Shown: positions 61,183-64,000 of the stretch, piece by piece
How the letters are laid out: every line of letters begins with the position of its first letter
Numbering within the stretch: position 1 is the stretch's first letter
Assembly (NCBI GenBank): GCA_964016885.1
Contig: OZ024748.1
Span: forward strand, 36,270,001-36,334,000
DNA from: Eledone cirrhosa
Taxonomy: Eukaryota
Direction: 5' to 3'
Length of the DNA: 64,000 bases
Program-made: the position numbers and the translations under genes
Notes under the pieces: model-generated
What the model was told of the DNA's origin: nothing
What the model saw: only the letters and a program-made list of their open reading frames with translations
Databases searched by the model: none

Positions 61183-61800
61183 TATATATATATATATATT
61201 TTCTTAATATTTTTCTTTTTTCTTTTTCTTTTTCTTTTTCTTTCTAAATTTATAGATACATTTATAAATAGGCAGTTTGCTGACACCAGTCAATACTGAC
61301 CTCTTCCCCCCCCACCTACTTTCTGTATCTGGATCTAAATATGTGTGGCAGTGTTTATGTGCGCGCATTAATGTCCATATGCTTATGATAATAGTATATA
61401 CACATATATGTGTGTGTGAGTGTGTGTGTGTATGTATGTTCGTGGTTGTGTGTATGTTTATGCGTATATGCGCGTGTGTGTGTGAATGTATGTATATGTG
61501 TGAGTATATGAATGTGTATATATTTATTTTTATATTTATATGTTTATATGCGTATATGTATTTTATCTGTAGATTATAAACATACAGAGACATTAGCCCT
61601 GAATTTTTGTATTTACATACATCTTTTCGGCATGCGTATGCATGTGAACATATATTTTTATGCATATCTGTGAACGAAGTTACTTACATATATACACACA
61701 CCTAACTGTATAAACTTTTTGTGTTTCCATTGGTCAATTTGAACTCTGTTCCCAAACAGACCTGTAATTTTGAATTGTTGTTATTATCAATAAATATATT

Positions 61801-61952
61801 TCATTATTTCTGAAGACGGCATATATATGAGTTGGTATGTGTATTTAATTTTGATAGTTTGTATAATTTTGTATAATTTTGTACATAGATCTGTTAAATA
61901 TACATGCCAATTCTAACACATATATATCCCAGAAACGATCGTTAAATAATGA
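61801..61952 (+). ncRNA. Type I hammerhead, long-stem-II family, intact (GUU), in PLE 3' end (~61270-62150)
   Basis: TCATTATTT-CTGAAGA-..ATATATATG..TTGGTATGTGTATTTAA...TTAAATATACATGCCAA..CATATATAT..-GAAAC GATC GTT-AAATAATGA. Confidence 0.85.
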
Positions 61953-62147
61953 ACTTTTTTTGTTTAATATAAGGAACTGTTTCATTGTTTTATTCATTAT
62001 TTTTTTAATATTTTATCTTGACTCTGTATTCCGTTTATCTTTCACCGAAAGTGATTTTTCATTGCATCTCTTCTTTCCATGATATCCGGATTACATTGAG
62101 TTCTTCATACGGATTGGACACTACCGTAAACTCTTCGTAGATTTATC

Positions 62148-62188
<41 letters not shown>

Positions 62189-62417
62189 ACACACATACAT
62201 ATATATACATATATACACACACACACATATACATACACACACACATATATATATATATATACATATATATTTATATATATATATATACATATACACACAT
62301 ACATATATATATATATATATGCACATACACACACACATACACACCCATGTATATATACGCAACCACACACACACACACACACTCAGACATACATATATAT
62401 AGAGACATACACACACA

Positions 62418-62459
<42 letters not shown>

Positions 62460-63573
62460 CACATGCATGTATTTTAATGTATTTTACTACCGAAGTCAAC
62501 TCATACATTAAAATACATGCACAGGGCTTACGAAACATGAAACGGCATTAAATAAAATCAGCGTTAAATAAAATCAAGAAGAGAAGTTAAGTTGTCTTAC
62601 ATGATATAAAGACATTAAAATATATTTCATAAAATTACATGAAATAATTACATAAATAAAATAGATATGATGAGAATCAACTGAGATAATGTGAAGAGGT
62701 CCCCACATTGTTTGGGGCAGAAATGATTATGGACGGAGCAAGAAGCAGCCAAAGTTTTCTTGGAGCCTGTTTTTCATTAACACTATCGTTCGTGTTTCTT
62801 TTGGCTATATTTTAACCTCTGCAATTAACACTTTGTCTTCCTAGAAGCTGTCCATCATTTCACTCAGGGAAACGTGATATTCTCTAGAGGGTTGCCAACC
62901 AACAAACTATTCTTGCCATTTCAATTTAGTGGAGCTGCCTTTTTATTTCTTCTTTTGTTCTTGCATTCTACACAGTTCCCGAACGGGAGATGTGACTATT
63001 AATACAATCAGGTCAAGCACGTCCTTTCTTATTGTTGTTGCTTAACAGAGGTCCACACTGATCGATGTAAAACATTCAATCCCTGACAACTCCACTCTTT
63101 TTAGGTGAAGAGGATGTATTTATGTTGGATTACATTATGCAATGTGCCCGTCTTTTCTAAGACGCTAGCGTGTGATTTGATAGGATTGGCTGTTAGTTTT
63201 AGTAAGTCGAGCATCCACATAGAGGATCACTTTTATGCTGATAGTGGTATATTTGTGACTATGTCAATTCTTTTGAAAGTGTTTTACATTGTGTTTGAGA
63301 CGGAACATTTGGGATGTTATCACATTTCTGAATTTGTGCGTTTCGGATCCGAGCAGATTTTCTCTGAAGTAAATAAAGTAAAATAAAAACAAATGAAAAA
63401 CAAGTACAAAAAAACATTATTTGACATAATTTTTTAATATAATTTTTGACAATTTTTTAAATATATTTTTTTTCCTCTCATCTGTATAACTTATGGTTGG
63501 TGTCTATTTTTAGTTCCTAATTTTGAAAATTGTGTAATCATTTTAGGCAGCAGAGGTATGTAACCACACACAC

Positions 63574-63632
<59 letters not shown>

Positions 63633-63842
63633 TTAAAAACGACAAAATATTGTTTAGAAAACTTAAGAGAAACACAAACATAAGGATGCTATAAAGCTGT
63701 GCTACCATGTCCGGGTTCAATTTCAGAAAAACAGGAAACACACACAAACGCATGTGCAAACAGAGACAGAGACAAGAATAAATAAAAAAATAAAATAAAA
63801 ATGGTGTAGGCATTACTATAAAATGGAAGGAAACATAATAGC

Positions 63843-63884
63843 ACCACTGATGATGTCACAGATGTGTGACGAAAGAACTTTGAT
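63843..63884 (+). ncRNA. Minimal hammerhead related to the 36591 motif (weak stem I)
   Basis: ACCA-CTGATGA-t-GTCACA gatg TGTGAC-GAAAG AA CTT-TGAT. Confidence 0.65.
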
Positions 63885-64000
63885 AGACTATATACATATA
63901 TTTATATCTGTATTTTTAACCGCTGGTCAATCAATGATAAACATTGATTACCAGATAAATTAACTATGGAGATATAAAAGATACAGAAGTGAAAACCAAC

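Noticed and set aside
62560-63400. Possible further exon or gene (ORF 63105-63386)
   Set aside because: No recognisable domain or convincing splice structure; left unannotated.

Overview
This is AT-rich, microsatellite-dense animal (eukaryotic) DNA; the SINE and (TA)n landscape suggests a cephalopod or octopus-like mollusc (inference). Positions 1-11.1 kb are a 35/31-bp satellite grading into a 30-bp satellite. They are followed by two decayed RTE-type LINEs and the last five coding exons (C2A-C2B) of a synaptotagmin-15-like gene (+, 16081-29524). From ~22 kb to the end, the window is dominated by Penelope-like elements (PLEs; RT + C-terminal GIY-YIG) and many short non-coding modules embedded in (TA)n tracts. 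Reading both strands by eye, these modules carry about 30 complete type I hammerhead-ribozyme (HHR) motifs in roughly 11 unrelated sequence contexts, plus broken halves. They include retrozyme-like tandem arrays (~355-bp and ~510-bp units), core variants (U4A; U3-A8 covariation), HHRs with giant stem II, and a recurring head-to-head inverted architecture. Most ORFs in the supplied track are artefacts of repeats. All RNA folds were paired manually and have not been tested computationally or experimentally.
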